Virus record (IMG/VR): IMGVR_UViG_3300017717_000004
Span: 1-60,901 of that record
DNA: 60,901 bases
Origin: a virus
Taxonomy: Duplodnaviria; Caudoviricetes
Direction: 5' to 3' (one strand)
A program made the translations under genes and the position numbers. Below are positions 10,035-21,800 of this stretch, in pieces. A model generated the notes under the pieces. It made no database searches and was not told the origin of the DNA. It was given only the letters and a program-made list of their open reading frames with translations. How positions within the stretch are numbered: the first letter of the stretch is position 1; each line of letters begins with the position of its first letter.

Positions 10035-13000
10035 ATGAAAATACAGAATTTTTTTAATACAGGTAAAATGAACAAAGACGTCGATGAACGTCTTGTTAAA
10101 AGTGGAGAGTTTCTAGACGCTAGAAATATCAGAGTACTCAATACCGCTTCTAGTGATGCTGGGGCTATTGAAAATGAAAGGGGAAATGTTCAGCTAACAA
10201 ACATACCTGTAGCACAAAACCCAAAGTGTATTGGTTCTGTATCAGACGAGGCAGAAGAAAAAATATATTGGGCAGTAGTAAACAATGTTGGATATTCTTA
10301 CATATTTGAGTATGATGCGATAAACGACATAACATCAACTGTTTTGGCTGATGAGAGAACAGGTGATAGTCAGGTTTTAAATTTTGATTCAAATTATAAA
10401 ATTACAGGATTTAATGTTGTTTATAATGCATCAAAAAAATCAAAACTTTTATTATTTACTGATGGGTTAAACCCACCAAGAATGGTTGATATAAAAAGAG
10501 CTAAGGGTTATGGTATAAGTAATTTTATAGAAGATGATATTTCTTTATATAAAAAACCCCCAAGACAAGCTCCTGTTGTAAAACCTTTTAATAGTTTGAA
10601 TTCAACAGAAAACGCTGTGAAAGAGCAATTTTTTGCTTTTGGATATAGATATAGATACCTAGATGGTGGTTATTCTGCACCATCTTCTTTTTCCTACTTT
10701 CAGTTCACTCCAAAAAACTTTCAAATTGATTTTACGTCCATGGAAAACAAAGGCATGGATAATATATTTAATGGTTATAAAGTAACTTATAATAGTGGGG
10801 ATAAAAGAGTTACAGATGTTCAGCTTTTGTTTAAATACTCTACGGATAGTTCAATATTTATTATTGATAGTATTAACAAAAAAGAGAGCTCTATACTAGA
10901 TGACACTAATGAGACATATGAGTTTACTAATAAAAAAATATTTAAAACACTCCCAAAAGATGAGGTTTTTAGAATATTTGACAATGTTCCTTTAACCGCA
11001 AAAGCACAAGACTTTATTAACGATAGAATTGTTTTTGCAAACACCACAAGTCAATACGACGTGGTTGAAACTGAGGGTTCAAACGATAAAATAAAAATAT
11101 CATACGATGTTTCTTTAGATTCTGTGTCACAGGAAGGAGATGAGCTTGTTGGAACATTATCCGCCAGCGACACAAAAATAACCTTTGATTTATCAGGTGT
11201 TGATTTATTACAAGATAAAACAATAACATTTATTTTAAAATTGGAATCTGCAGAAGCTGGAACAGCGCCTGATGATTATTTTAATGGCTCTGCTCTTATC
11301 GAGTCCGCCTTTGTTATAGGTCAGGATTATGCAAATGTTACTGAACTAGTAGCGTCATCGGAGTTTATAGACTGTATAGCGTCAATGACTGGTATTTTTC
11401 AAAGTGTTGTTATAACCACACCCCCACCAAACCCATTAAATCTTGTTTATGGTTCAGTTACTTTAGATTCATCAACATCAACAACTTTTACCTTACTGAT
11501 GCCTGTTAATGTTCACACAACAGACGATACACCAGCAGACGCAACAGATAATGATGACCCAGCTTTTCAGACAGATATAAACGAAGTATTTACACTTGAA
11601 GATGGTTCAAATCTTAGAATAAAAGATACAGTAAGTAATGTATCTTTAAAATCTAATAGAAGTTTTGAAGTTGGGCTTTGTTATTTAGATTCACATGGTA
11701 GGTATTCAAGTATACTGCTTCCAAAAGAATCTTTAGGTGAGTCTATAAGTGAGGTTTTTGTGCCAATAGCAAATTCTGTAAATATTAATAAACTAAGAAT
11801 TAAACTTTTTAATAATCCTCCATATTGGGCTGATAGGTATAAATGGTTTGTAAAGGTAAACAAGGGACTTCATTATAATTTATATGCAACCATATTTTAC
11901 GAAGACCAAATCTACAGATGGATACTTTTACAAGGAGCTAATTTAGGAAAATTAGAAGTTGGAAAAAACTTAATTGTAAAGGCTGATGATAACGGTCCGC
12001 TACAACAAGAAGTGAAAACAAAAATTCTTGAAATTACAACCAAAAACGCTACAGACGAGGTGGCTGCAGGTCAAGGGTGGATTAATGGAAATGCAGATAG
12101 TTCAGGTGACCCATTAGTGGAATTAGCAGGAACATTTGTAAAAATAAGACCCAATGGATTCACTTTAGATTTTAACCCAGATAACTTTATTAATTACTCA
12201 TCAAGCAGGAGATTTGGTAGAGGTGGTGGGTCTGGTACTAATACAATCTGGATTCCAAAAGGAAGTAGTAGTGCTTTGGGCTTGTTAATATTGGGGAATT
12301 CTGGTCAATTAGATGAAGGTCTTCTTCAAAAAAAAACTAGCGCACCTGGAGTAAGCCCTATAGAGTGGTCTGATATTGCTATAACACCAGGGACTCAAAT
12401 AAAATTGGAGTTGGTTTATAGTGAAAGTGATGGTAGTCCTAATTTTAATTATTTCAAAGAATGGACTTCTAATAATGAGTATGTAAGTACACCAACAAGA
12501 AACGCTCTTCAGTTATTTTTTGATAGCGAAACAAATTTCACAAAAACAGAAGACTATGCTATGAGTGGTTATGATACAGCCACATCTATTAGGTTTAGAG
12601 TTCCTTCTCTAAATGATGAAAATGAAGGCTTCAAGTTAGTCATAGCAAAATCTAATTCGTCAATGGCAGGAAGATGGGTTATGAGAGTTCAGGCTACAGA
12701 AGGGACTGCAACTTTTGAATCCTCTAGATTAACATGTAATTTAAATCTTGTTTTAGTTACCACATTAGGAATTTTTGAAACAGAGCCAGATGATATAGAT
12801 AACGATATTTATTACGAAACAGAAGAAACTTTTTTGATTGAAAATGGCCTTCACAAAGGAAATGAGCAAGACCAAACATCTACATTACCTGCTATTTCTA
12901 AACTAGGATTTGGTAATTGCTTTAGTTTTGGTAATGGGGTAGAATCAGTCAGGGTCAAAGACGATAGGTTTTTGCCTTCTTTTGATATAAAATCAAGACC

Positions 13001-15383
13001 AAATATAGCTATAGTTGAGGGATATGAAAGAAAAGAGGATACTAATAAGCTTATATATAGTGGGCCGTTTAATGAAAACAGCGGATATAATACACTAAAT
13101 GAGTTTAATTCAAGTAGAGGTATAACAAAGTACATGGACATGAAATATGGTTCTATACAAAAGCTTTTTGCAAGGGAATCTGATTTAATAGTTTTTCAAG
13201 AAGACAGAGTTTCAAAGGTCTTGTATGGAAAAAATATACTTACAAGTCCTGACGGAACTGGTAGCTTATCTCAAATAGAACAAGTTTTAGGGCAAGACGT
13301 TCCTTTTTCTGGAGAATACGGTATTTCTTTAAATCCAGAATCTTTTGGCTTTTATGAAGGTAAAATGTATTTCTCAGACGCAAATAGAGGTACTGTTTTA
13401 AGATTGGGAGGAGATGGAATAACACCGATATCTTATATTGGAATGAAATCTTTCTTTAAAGAAAATCTTTACAATAATAAAAATAATTTTAACATAGGTG
13501 GATTTGACCCTAAATATCATCAGTATGTGTTATCAATGAGTAGCGTTCAGATGCCATCAGAACCACTTGAACTTGATTGTGCTTCTGTATTCACAAAAAC
13601 ACTTGCTGGAACATTTACATATAGTTTAAATGTAGGTCAATTCCCAGGAACTGCAACTGTAGGTTACAGCACAACAGGAACTATATCAATTTCTATTGTG
13701 TACAACGGAAATACCTATGGTAGCACAGGTTTGACTGGAACAGGAACTGTTACATTTCCTGTAACATCTAGTGATTTAGAGACAACAAATTTAGCCACCG
13801 TACAAATAACGCCTGTAGGGGTGGTTACTGCAACAATAACTCATGTTTGTCCAGTTCCAGAAACGCTTGAAATAGTTCTTATTGTTGTTAATGATTCACA
13901 AGAAGCGAGTGAAACAATTATAAATAGATATAAGCATAATGGAAGTAACGGGAATAATTATAATTCTGAATTAGATGTATTTGATTTTGATGAATTAACA
14001 AGGTTTGAGACTATATCTGGATTTATGGGAGGAGATGTTATACCAGACAATGGAGATACGGTTACTATTTCCTCATTGAAACAAATAGGAGTTCACACTG
14101 GAGATTTTAATGAGTGTAATAGTTTGGGATATCTTGTTTCTGAGGCCAGTTTAACAGTTCAAAACGTAGTAGACCAGGCCACATATCCAGCAGTTACAAC
14201 CACTACAACTTCCACAGAAGAGGAAAACATTGCAACATTTACATTTAACAGAACTAATACAAGTCAAAAATTGTATTTAGTGTGGAACTATATTGATAAT
14301 CTTCCCGTTTTAGTTAATGATACTGTGACAGGAATTGCTAATGGTGGAAGTAGTGTAATTAATGTAGTAGCTAACGACACAATTCCTTCACCATTCACTA
14401 TTACAATAGGAACACAACCAACAAATGGAACAGCTGTAGTTAATGCTAATAACACTATTACATATACACATACCTCGGGTAACAGTTTAAATGACAGCTT
14501 TACTTATATCGTAAGTAGGGGTGGAGCTTGTACTGCAGAAGCCACTGTAACAACGGAAGCCCTTGCAATTACAGTAGATACATATATTTACATATATTTT
14601 GATGATTCTGGCTCTATGAATAACACAGAGGCAGAGCTCCAAACAATGAGAGCTGGAGCCTTAAAATCCACTCTTCAGGACCTTTACGCAACAGGAGGGA
14701 CTGAATCAAGCGGTAACACAAACACAGCTACTAATGGTAGTGATGAATACGATGCTAAGGTAACTATTGTTTATGGAGCTACTGGGGGGTGGACAAATGA
14801 GAGAACTTTTGCTGCTATTGGTGATAATGACGTTAATGATTTCATAGCCACGAACACACACAACTCGTTTCCTTCAGATGCAGCTAATGTTATAGTAATG
14901 GTTTTCCAAGACGAAGCGAGTGCTGGTTATCACGATTCTAGAACTAGCGGTAGTTTTAATAATGACGCTAGAACAAATAATTATAACACAGATATGGCTG
15001 ATATAAGGTCAAGAGTTACCTCTTTAAACACCTCTAATTCATCTTTTTATAGGGGAGTTGTTTTTCAAGTAGAGGATAATTCAGGAAACCCAGACTATCC
15101 ATTTAAAGCGTTTTTGCAGGCTGTTGAAGGCGGTACTGCTTCAAACTACACAGGAACAAATGGATTAAGTGATTTGATGACAGGAAGCACGCCTACGTTT
15201 GTTTTTGAGTATGATATTGAAGACAGTACAAGCAATGATGCTACTGCTCCATTTAAGCCAGGCTCCACAACTGATAGATTTGACCAATGGCAATATTACT
15301 ATCTATATTGGATGACACACGCACTTAACACGCTAGGATATACACCAGATGGTCAAAGTTGGCCAATAATAATAGACGACTAA
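10035..15383 (+). CDS. Tail nozzle/stabilisation protein with C-terminal Ig-like and vWA-like domains
   Basis: N-terminal GKMNKDVDERL and LFTDGLNPPR, GSIQKL and YFSDANRG segments; Ig-like repeat (VINVVAND..QPTNGTAVVN..DSFTY); MIDAS-like IYIYFDDSGSM. Confidence 0.7.
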   Translation: MKIQNFFNTGKMNKDVDERLVKSGEFLDARNIRVLNTASSDAGAIENERGNVQLTNIPVAQNPKCIGSVSDEAEEKIYWAVVNNVGYSYIFEYDAINDITSTVLADERTGDSQVLNFDSNYKITGFNVVYNASKKSKLLLFTDGLNPPRMVDIKRAKGYGISNFIEDDISLYKKPPRQAPVVKPFNSLNSTENAVKEQFFAFGYRYRYLDGGYSAPSSFSYFQFTPKNFQIDFTSMENKGMDNIFNGYKVTYNSGDKRVTDVQLLFKYSTDSSIFIIDSINKKESSILDDTNETYEFTNKKIFKTLPKDEVFRIFDNVPLTAKAQDFINDRIVFANTTSQYDVVETEGSNDKIKISYDVSLDSVSQEGDELVGTLSASDTKITFDLSGVDLLQDKTITFILKLESAEAGTAPDDYFNGSALIESAFVIGQDYANVTELVASSEFIDCIASMTGIFQSVVITTPPPNPLNLVYGSVTLDSSTSTTFTLLMPVNVHTTDDTPADATDNDDPAFQTDINEVFTLEDGSNLRIKDTVSNVSLKSNRSFEVGLCYLDSHGRYSSILLPKESLGESISEVFVPIANSVNINKLRIKLFNNPPYWADRYKWFVKVNKGLHYNLYATIFYEDQIYRWILLQGANLGKLEVGKNLIVKADDNGPLQQEVKTKILEITTKNATDEVAAGQGWINGNADSSGDPLVELAGTFVKIRPNGFTLDFNPDNFINYSSSRRFGRGGGSGTNTIWIPKGSSSALGLLILGNSGQLDEGLLQKKTSAPGVSPIEWSDIAITPGTQIKLELVYSESDGSPNFNYFKEWTSNNEYVSTPTRNALQLFFDSETNFTKTEDYAMSGYDTATSIRFRVPSLNDENEGFKLVIAKSNSSMAGRWVMRVQATEGTATFESSRLTCNLNLVLVTTLGIFETEPDDIDNDIYYETEETFLIENGLHKGNEQDQTSTLPAISKLGFGNCFSFGNGVESVRVKDDRFLPSFDIKSRPNIAIVEGYERKEDTNKLIYSGPFNENSGYNTLNEFNSSRGITKYMDMKYGSIQKLFARESDLIVFQEDRVSKVLYGKNILTSPDGTGSLSQIEQVLGQDVPFSGEYGISLNPESFGFYEGKMYFSDANRGTVLRLGGDGITPISYIGMKSFFKENLYNNKNNFNIGGFDPKYHQYVLSMSSVQMPSEPLELDCASVFTKTLAGTFTYSLNVGQFPGTATVGYSTTGTISISIVYNGNTYGSTGLTGTGTVTFPVTSSDLETTNLATVQITPVGVVTATITHVCPVPETLEIVLIVVNDSQEASETIINRYKHNGSNGNNYNSELDVFDFDELTRFETISGFMGGDVIPDNGDTVTISSLKQIGVHTGDFNECNSLGYLVSEASLTVQNVVDQATYPAVTTTTTSTEEENIATFTFNRTNTSQKLYLVWNYIDNLPVLVNDTVTGIANGGSSVINVVANDTIPSPFTITIGTQPTNGTAVVNANNTITYTHTSGNSLNDSFTYIVSRGGACTAEATVTTEALAITVDTYIYIYFDDSGSMNNTEAELQTMRAGALKSTLQDLYATGGTESSGNTNTATNGSDEYDAKVTIVYGATGGWTNERTFAAIGDNDVNDFIATNTHNSFPSDAANVIVMVFQDEASAGYHDSRTSGSFNNDARTNNYNTDMADIRSRVTSLNTSNSSFYRGVVFQVEDNSGNPDYPFKAFLQAVEGGTASNYTGTNGLSDLMTGSTPTFVFEYDIEDSTSNDATAPFKPGSTTDRFDQWQYYYLYWMTHALNTLGYTPDGQSWPIIIDD

Positions 15384-15387
15384 TAAT

Positions 15388-16161
15388 ATGAGTTTAAAAT
15401 TAGGAAATAGAACAATAACATTTGATGAAGTTTATAACGTATGGACTTCTTTTCATTCATATGAACCAGAATGGATGGAAAGACTGGGTGCTAATTTTTA
15501 TACATTCAAAGGTGGAGAGTTGTATATTCATGACGAAAACGAAACAAGAACTAGTTTTTACGGTATTTCTTATGGGTGTGATGTTACTTATTCAGCAAAC
15601 AAAAACCCTTCGGAAATTAAATTATTTAAAACAGTTAATTTAGAGTCAAACTCTAATGGTTGGTTTGCAGAAATAACATCTGAACTTGAATCAGGTAGAA
15701 TAGGAACCAACTCTAATTTATTGTTTGAGGAAAAAGAAGGCATGAGGTATGGGTATATTAGAAGATATGAAACTGATAGATTAAACTTCAATAAATTGTC
15801 TGTAGTTGGTTTAGGTAACTTACAAAGCGAACCAGCTGCAAATCAATTTGCGTTAACAGATAACATACCAAATCAAGTCCAGGCAAATAATGCCGATGGT
15901 CTCGGAGGCGATGAGCTTTATTTTAATAGTGGCTCTACGCAGCTTATTGGTACTATAGATAGCTATGTTGACAATGTTATAACAGTAGCTTCAACCGATA
16001 ATGACCCAGGTGTAGGAGATTTTCTTTTTGTTGTCAAAAACGCAGAAGCAGAGTCTTTTGGATTGAGGGGTTATCATGCAAAAGTAAAATTAATAAACAA
16101 TAATACAGATTTTGTAGAGTTGTTTGGTGCGAATAGTGAGGTATTTAAGAGTTACATCTAA
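15388..16161 (+). CDS. Tail protein resembling the C-terminal part of the nozzle/stabilisation protein
   Basis: TITFDEVYNVWTSFHSY...FYTFKGGELYIH...GLRGYHAKVKL. Confidence 0.6.
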   Translation: MSLKLGNRTITFDEVYNVWTSFHSYEPEWMERLGANFYTFKGGELYIHDENETRTSFYGISYGCDVTYSANKNPSEIKLFKTVNLESNSNGWFAEITSELESGRIGTNSNLLFEEKEGMRYGYIRRYETDRLNFNKLSVVGLGNLQSEPAANQFALTDNIPNQVQANNADGLGGDELYFNSGSTQLIGTIDSYVDNVITVASTDNDPGVGDFLFVVKNAEAESFGLRGYHAKVKLINNNTDFVELFGANSEVFKSYI

Positions 16162-16167
16162 AATTCG

Positions 16168-16175
16168 TATATTTG
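16168..16175 (+). promoter_or_regulatory. -7 promoter element TATATTTG
   Basis: 32 nt before the ATG at 16200. Confidence 0.6.
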
Positions 16176-16199
16176 TATAACTATATATAGAAGAAAAAA

Positions 16200-16925
16200 A
16201 TGGCATTTTTAACAACAATGGGATTGGTAACTGGAGGTTTAGGCTCCGTTAATCAATTTATACAAGGAGGTAAGATGAAAAGGCAAGCCTCAGATATGCT
16301 TGCTGGTATAAGGGATGTTGAGTTAACTAATTTAGCAGAAAACCTAAAACCTTCTTTAGCAGCCGAAAGAACAGCAATACAGGGTATAAATCAAAGCATG
16401 TCTAATGCTGTAGATGTTGCTGGAACTATGGATGCTGCTCAAGCTATGGCTATGTTGGGTTCAGCACAAGGTCAGGCTTTTGACCAACAAACAAAAGTTT
16501 TTGATTCAATTCTTCAGAAAGAGTCTGATTTTGACGTAATGCGAATGGAACAAGAAGTAAAAAACAGAGATATACTGGAGGCGAGAAACATGGCGAAACG
16601 TCAAATGGCTATGGGACAAATGCAGGCTGGGGCTGAAATGCAAAGCGCAGCTGTAAAGGATTTTGCAACAACAGCTGTTAGTGCTGGTGTGGCTCAAGAA
16701 GCCGCACAGGCTGAGGCAGGCTTTACAGACCCTAAAGCCCTTAGATTAAGTAAAAAAGCATCTAAATTTGGCGTAGGTAAGGATAAGCTTACTGAGGTCT
16801 ACAATGCAAGTGGTACAGCAGGTCTTAAACAACTAGTAAAAGACAACAGACCTGATTTTAAAGATGGTAAATTTGCTCAGTTCTTTTCAGGTATTGGTAG
16901 TAAAATAGGAAGCTTGTTTAATTAA
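16200..16925 (+). CDS. Probable internal virion/ejection (pilot) protein
   Basis: Gly/Ala/Gln/Met-rich helical protein with a hydrophobic N-terminus, first of three genes of increasing size after the tail genes. Confidence 0.55.
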   Translation: MAFLTTMGLVTGGLGSVNQFIQGGKMKRQASDMLAGIRDVELTNLAENLKPSLAAERTAIQGINQSMSNAVDVAGTMDAAQAMAMLGSAQGQAFDQQTKVFDSILQKESDFDVMRMEQEVKNRDILEARNMAKRQMAMGQMQAGAEMQSAAVKDFATTAVSAGVAQEAAQAEAGFTDPKALRLSKKASKFGVGKDKLTEVYNASGTAGLKQLVKDNRPDFKDGKFAQFFSGIGSKIGSLFN

Positions 16926-16931
16926 TATAAT

Positions 16932-18896
16932 ATGGGATACTCAGGGGGAATATATTCAAAGCCAATTTTAGGGGGGTTTTCAGATGTTGCAAATCTATAT
17001 CTTCAAGGGAAGATGCAGGTTATCAATATTAGACAACAAGTAAGACAGCAAAGAAGTGAAGAGCTTCAGGCTTTGGCAGAACAAGCCGCTGAAATAGAGG
17101 CTACTGGTGTTTCTGAGATAGACAAGCTTTATCAACAGGGTGCAAATGACTTAAGACAAGCTGCTAGTGATGCTCATACAGCCAATATACTTGGTCGAAC
17201 TAATAGAGGCGTAGCAACTGCGCGCGTAAATAACTACACATCACAAGCCTCACAGTTAGCAAATGCGTCCACTATCATCAAAACAAAAGTTGATGAGATG
17301 GACAAAGAAATATTAAACGGAAAAGTAAACGATTATTCGAGAGCAAAGTATTTAAGAGGTTGGTTTACTGAGCAAAATTTAGTCCCAAGGTATATAAAAA
17401 TTCCAGTCGACCCCAATGACGCATCAAAAGGTTATACACAGGTGCCACAATACCAAACAATGGGCACTGAAATGATTGACGGAAAACTTCATTATAGAAA
17501 AACATCTAATTTTCTTAATACAAACACTGGGGTAGAAGAAGTTCAAACTCGATTGACAAGTATAAACGAAATGAGCAATACGCCTGATTTATTTATGCAG
17601 TTTGATGTTAATGATTATGTTAAGGAATCAACAAATGCAATAGGTCAAAGTCAAGCAGTTGATTTAGTGCCAGGACAACCTGCTGGAAGCCCTCCTCCAT
17701 TTACAAGTCAACAAACAATAACTGCACAAGGAGGAAATACTCAAATATACACAAGAGTTATAGCTCCATCAAGATTAATTCAGGTGGCTGATATGATAGA
17801 AACAGATATTAATGCTGTTCTACAGGATGATAAAAAAGTTATTTCTATTCTATCTGAATATTATAATGCAAGGGCGATTGGAGATGAAGGTTTTGGTGGT
17901 ATGAAAGACCAAAGTCAAATTAATGATTTATTTGGAGAGACAGAGTATACAGACCAATCTACTGGAGTTGTAACAAAAATACCTCAATTTTATGATAAAA
18001 ATGGTGATGGCATTACTTTAACTAATACAGATTCAAGCGGCAATATAATAGACCCAACTATAATTCAGTTGGATGCGTATAATAACGAAGAGATTACAGA
18101 CGACCAGAGGTCTATTGTGGGAGCTATACTAAGAAAGAAAATGCTTAATGCGTTTAACATAAAGCTTTCTGATTTCAAAATAAGAGATATATTAAAAGCA
18201 AAAAAACCTAAAGGTGACGAATCCTTAAGCGTTTTAGCTTCAGTTTATACAAAGAATGGTCAAACAACTACAACAGACTTTGATAATATTAACACCATGA
18301 TTTCATTAACAGAAGCACAAAACGCCAATAACACAAGCCTTACCACTCAAATATTGCAAGAAAGGAATACAAATGGTTTTACTACGAGAGGGTTTAATAA
18401 TCAAGTTGCCGCAACAGTATTTAAACCAACAAATGAGTATGGTAGTATTAACATAGGTAATGAGTTCCAGGAAGTCTTAAGTGAAAATATGCTTATTTCT
18501 GACCTTTACAACAAAAAACTGGATAAAATAAGAGGAGTAGGCTTCTCTGAAGACCCATCTGGAACTGGTAATTCTAGAATATTCGTTACTGGTGATGTTA
18601 TAGTTGCAGAGACTGAAGCGGATTGGAATCAAACATCTGGTGGTCAAAACGCTGCCTCTTCAGGATACTCTACAAACTCAAAACAACAAGTCGTAAGTGA
18701 ATCTGTTTCTGTTTTAGAAGATTCTAAGATTCAAAGATTATATCAAAATTTATATGCTAATGTTCCAGGTTTTGACGCTAAAATGCGAGGTTTAGGGTTT
18801 ACTGGGCCTACTGCAAAAAGCTCTACCTTTGGCAATAGCGCTTATGTCGATGCTATAATTACATATATTAAAGATAAGAAAAACAACGCACTATAA
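16932..18896 (+). CDS. Probable internal virion/ejection protein
   Basis: 654-aa ORF; call rests on position. Confidence 0.5.
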   Translation: MGYSGGIYSKPILGGFSDVANLYLQGKMQVINIRQQVRQQRSEELQALAEQAAEIEATGVSEIDKLYQQGANDLRQAASDAHTANILGRTNRGVATARVNNYTSQASQLANASTIIKTKVDEMDKEILNGKVNDYSRAKYLRGWFTEQNLVPRYIKIPVDPNDASKGYTQVPQYQTMGTEMIDGKLHYRKTSNFLNTNTGVEEVQTRLTSINEMSNTPDLFMQFDVNDYVKESTNAIGQSQAVDLVPGQPAGSPPPFTSQQTITAQGGNTQIYTRVIAPSRLIQVADMIETDINAVLQDDKKVISILSEYYNARAIGDEGFGGMKDQSQINDLFGETEYTDQSTGVVTKIPQFYDKNGDGITLTNTDSSGNIIDPTIIQLDAYNNEEITDDQRSIVGAILRKKMLNAFNIKLSDFKIRDILKAKKPKGDESLSVLASVYTKNGQTTTTDFDNINTMISLTEAQNANNTSLTTQILQERNTNGFTTRGFNNQVAATVFKPTNEYGSINIGNEFQEVLSENMLISDLYNKKLDKIRGVGFSEDPSGTGNSRIFVTGDVIVAETEADWNQTSGGQNAASSGYSTNSKQQVVSESVSVLEDSKIQRLYQNLYANVPGFDAKMRGLGFTGPTAKSSTFGNSAYVDAIITYIKDKKNNAL

Positions 18897-18897
18897 G

Positions 18898-21800
18898 ATG
18901 ATTGTGAACGAACAAACAACAACACCAGATATCAATACAGAATCTTCTGATGTTACAACAAATACAGCTGTGGTCGAAAATGATTCTCAGAATCAAACTA
19001 ACCCAACAGACCCGCCTATTGTTGTTGATAAAGTGGTTAATTATTTTAAGTCTAAACTTGATAAGGCAGGTAAAAAATATGATGAAAAACTTCTTTACCA
19101 ATACGCAAAAAGAAGCGACTTAAAAACCTTTATAAGAAAGTGGCATGTTTACAATGGATTTGCAAACCAACTGCCATCTCCATCAGAGGTGGATAGTGTC
19201 TACAACACTTGGATAGACCAAAACGCCATTGAAAAAAAAAATCAAAACCAGACTGCACAACAGGTTCTACAGAGCCAACCAAATGTTCAGTCTACAGATT
19301 CGGACTCACCTTCCACATCTACAGATGGAAGCTCTTCATCGGCGCCAAATACAATAAATCTCAGTGAAGAAGATTTAAATAACGCTAGTAACACCAATAC
19401 AGACGAAATAAATCTATATGATTTTGACTCTTGGAAAAAAGAAATAGAGATAAAAGGTATTGGGGGTTATTTAAGTGAAACAAGATATCTTTCCACGATA
19501 GTAAATCAAATTCCTAAAGAGGTTTTTGAAATGAATGAAAGAGATGCGGAAAGAGAATTAAAAAAACTTCTTACGCCATATCAATACGAGGTTTCTCAAG
19601 CTGTTGGCACATCTAATCAGTTAAAAATAAAAACTCCTGACGGAAGAGAGCAGATTATTGAACTATACCCCAACCTTAAAAAACAAAGATTAAATTATAT
19701 TAATGATGGTGGAGTAGAGGATTTGGTAGATAACAGGTTCAAGCAATTTAAAAACTTTTTACTTGGATATGACGATGATGGAAATGTTGTAGGTAATCCA
19801 AACCTTGTTCAAAACATGGCTGATAGGTTTTCTAACTCTAACAATATAATTATAGATATTTTTCAGGAGACTGAAAGATTTGTAACGCCTGAATTAGTTG
19901 ATTTAGAAAATCTAGCAGGGTCTCTTGGTGTTAGTGTTGACACATTTATGAAAGACGGCCTTATAGACTCAAGAAGTGTAGAGCTTGGCATCATATCTGC
20001 TAAAGCAAGCTTACAACAAGTTTATGATGATGCAATAGCGCAGGAACAAAATATATTCAATATAGCGTCTCAAAATGTAAGGTCAAAATTTAAAAACGTA
20101 TATCGTGCTTCTGGAGAAGCCGTAACTACCGAAATCAAAAAAGAAACAGCTTCTTTATTTGAGTCATACGACCCAGATAACAATATTTTTGCAGTAAAAC
20201 AAGCATATAAATATTTAGATGATATGCTTGTGGCGATAAAAGAAAAAAAAGACATAGCTTCTAAATTTATGGGTTCTGCTTTGGCTTTGTCAGGCACTTA
20301 TAAGGGTTTTGATTTAAATGACAGCGTAGGCATGATGTATGCCGTTAGAGCTGGTTTAGATTTGGGAGATATGCCATCAGATGGTATATTGATAAATGGA
20401 CTTCCTTCTTCTGCAAATAGTTTTCAAAATATAGTTACAGACCCACAAGGACTTCATGATATTATGAAGGGTAAAATAAAAATTGAAGTAGACCCAAATA
20501 GTGATGCTTATGGCGTTTTAGCTCCTTATATTTCAGGAGCTTTAAAACTACAGGATAGAAACGAGGCCTACGACTCTACAGGGGGGCTTAAAGGTACAGC
20601 AGGCCAAGCCTTAGCAAATGCTAATATAGCATATGAGTGGGTAGAAGACTTAGTTCAAGGTGTAGGTATTGGTGTTTTAGATATTGGGGCAAACACTGGT
20701 GTTCTGTTTTCAGATGCACTACAAATGATTGGGTTTGATAAAACAACAGCAGATTCAGTGGTTTTTGGAATGTATGGCCTTCCAACGACCCCAGGACTGA
20801 TATCTCCTCAAGAAGTTTTAATGCTTAAAGAATCGGCGTTGCCTTTATACGATAAGCAAATAAAAGATGCGGATAGTTTTGGTGAAATGTTGGCTTTAGT
20901 GAATCAACCATTTTCTCAATCCATACCCTACTTTGCTGCTTTTGCAGTGAATCCAGCACTTGGGCTTACTGTAACAGGAACAAGTTCTTATGGAGCATCG
21001 AAAACAGAGTTTGATAGATTAAAAATGGCGGCGCAAGATGCATTAGATAGGGGAGCAGAGCTAACAGAAAGCCAAAAGAAAATACTATCGGTTGGAGAAT
21101 GGGAAGCCAGAGGCATAGCTTTTTCAAAAGCAGCACAAGAGACAATAATGACAAGGCTTTTTACATATAGATATTTTAAAAGTATGTCTGGAGCTAAAAA
21201 TTTTAGTGGTGCCAAAAACCTTGAAAACGCAAGAAAATTAGCTGAAAGTTTTGAAAAGGTTGCTGTAAAATCAAGAATGGATGGTTTCAAGAAAATGTTT
21301 GGTGTTGATGGGAAAGCTTTACGAAATGAAATTATAGAAGAAGAAATAATAGCACTAAATAACTACACCATAAATGTAATGTGGGGTCTAGAAGAGTATG
21401 ACCAGAAAAAACTTAACGACCTTATGGTTAATACAGGTTTGATATCTGTTTTTTCTTCTACTGCTATGCAAAAGTTTGCGACTTTTGGCATGAATAAAAA
21501 AATTAGAGGAGTTGTTGATAGTACTATAAAAGGGAACATAAAACTAGACTCTGAAAGACAAGTAGTTGAAAACTACCTTAAAGCTGATGTTGATGTTGCT
21601 GTAATAGAACAAGATGCTGAAAAAAATGGAACACCATTAGAGGGAAATGACTCTTATAATTCAGCTCTTCGGATGAGAAGCAAATATCAGGAAGAGTTGA
21701 TGGATATAGAAAATGCAAAGCAAGAGCTCGTAGACAACATGAGTGAATCTGATAAAGCGGCTTATTTGGAGCTTATTATTAGGCTAGAAGAGTCTCATAA

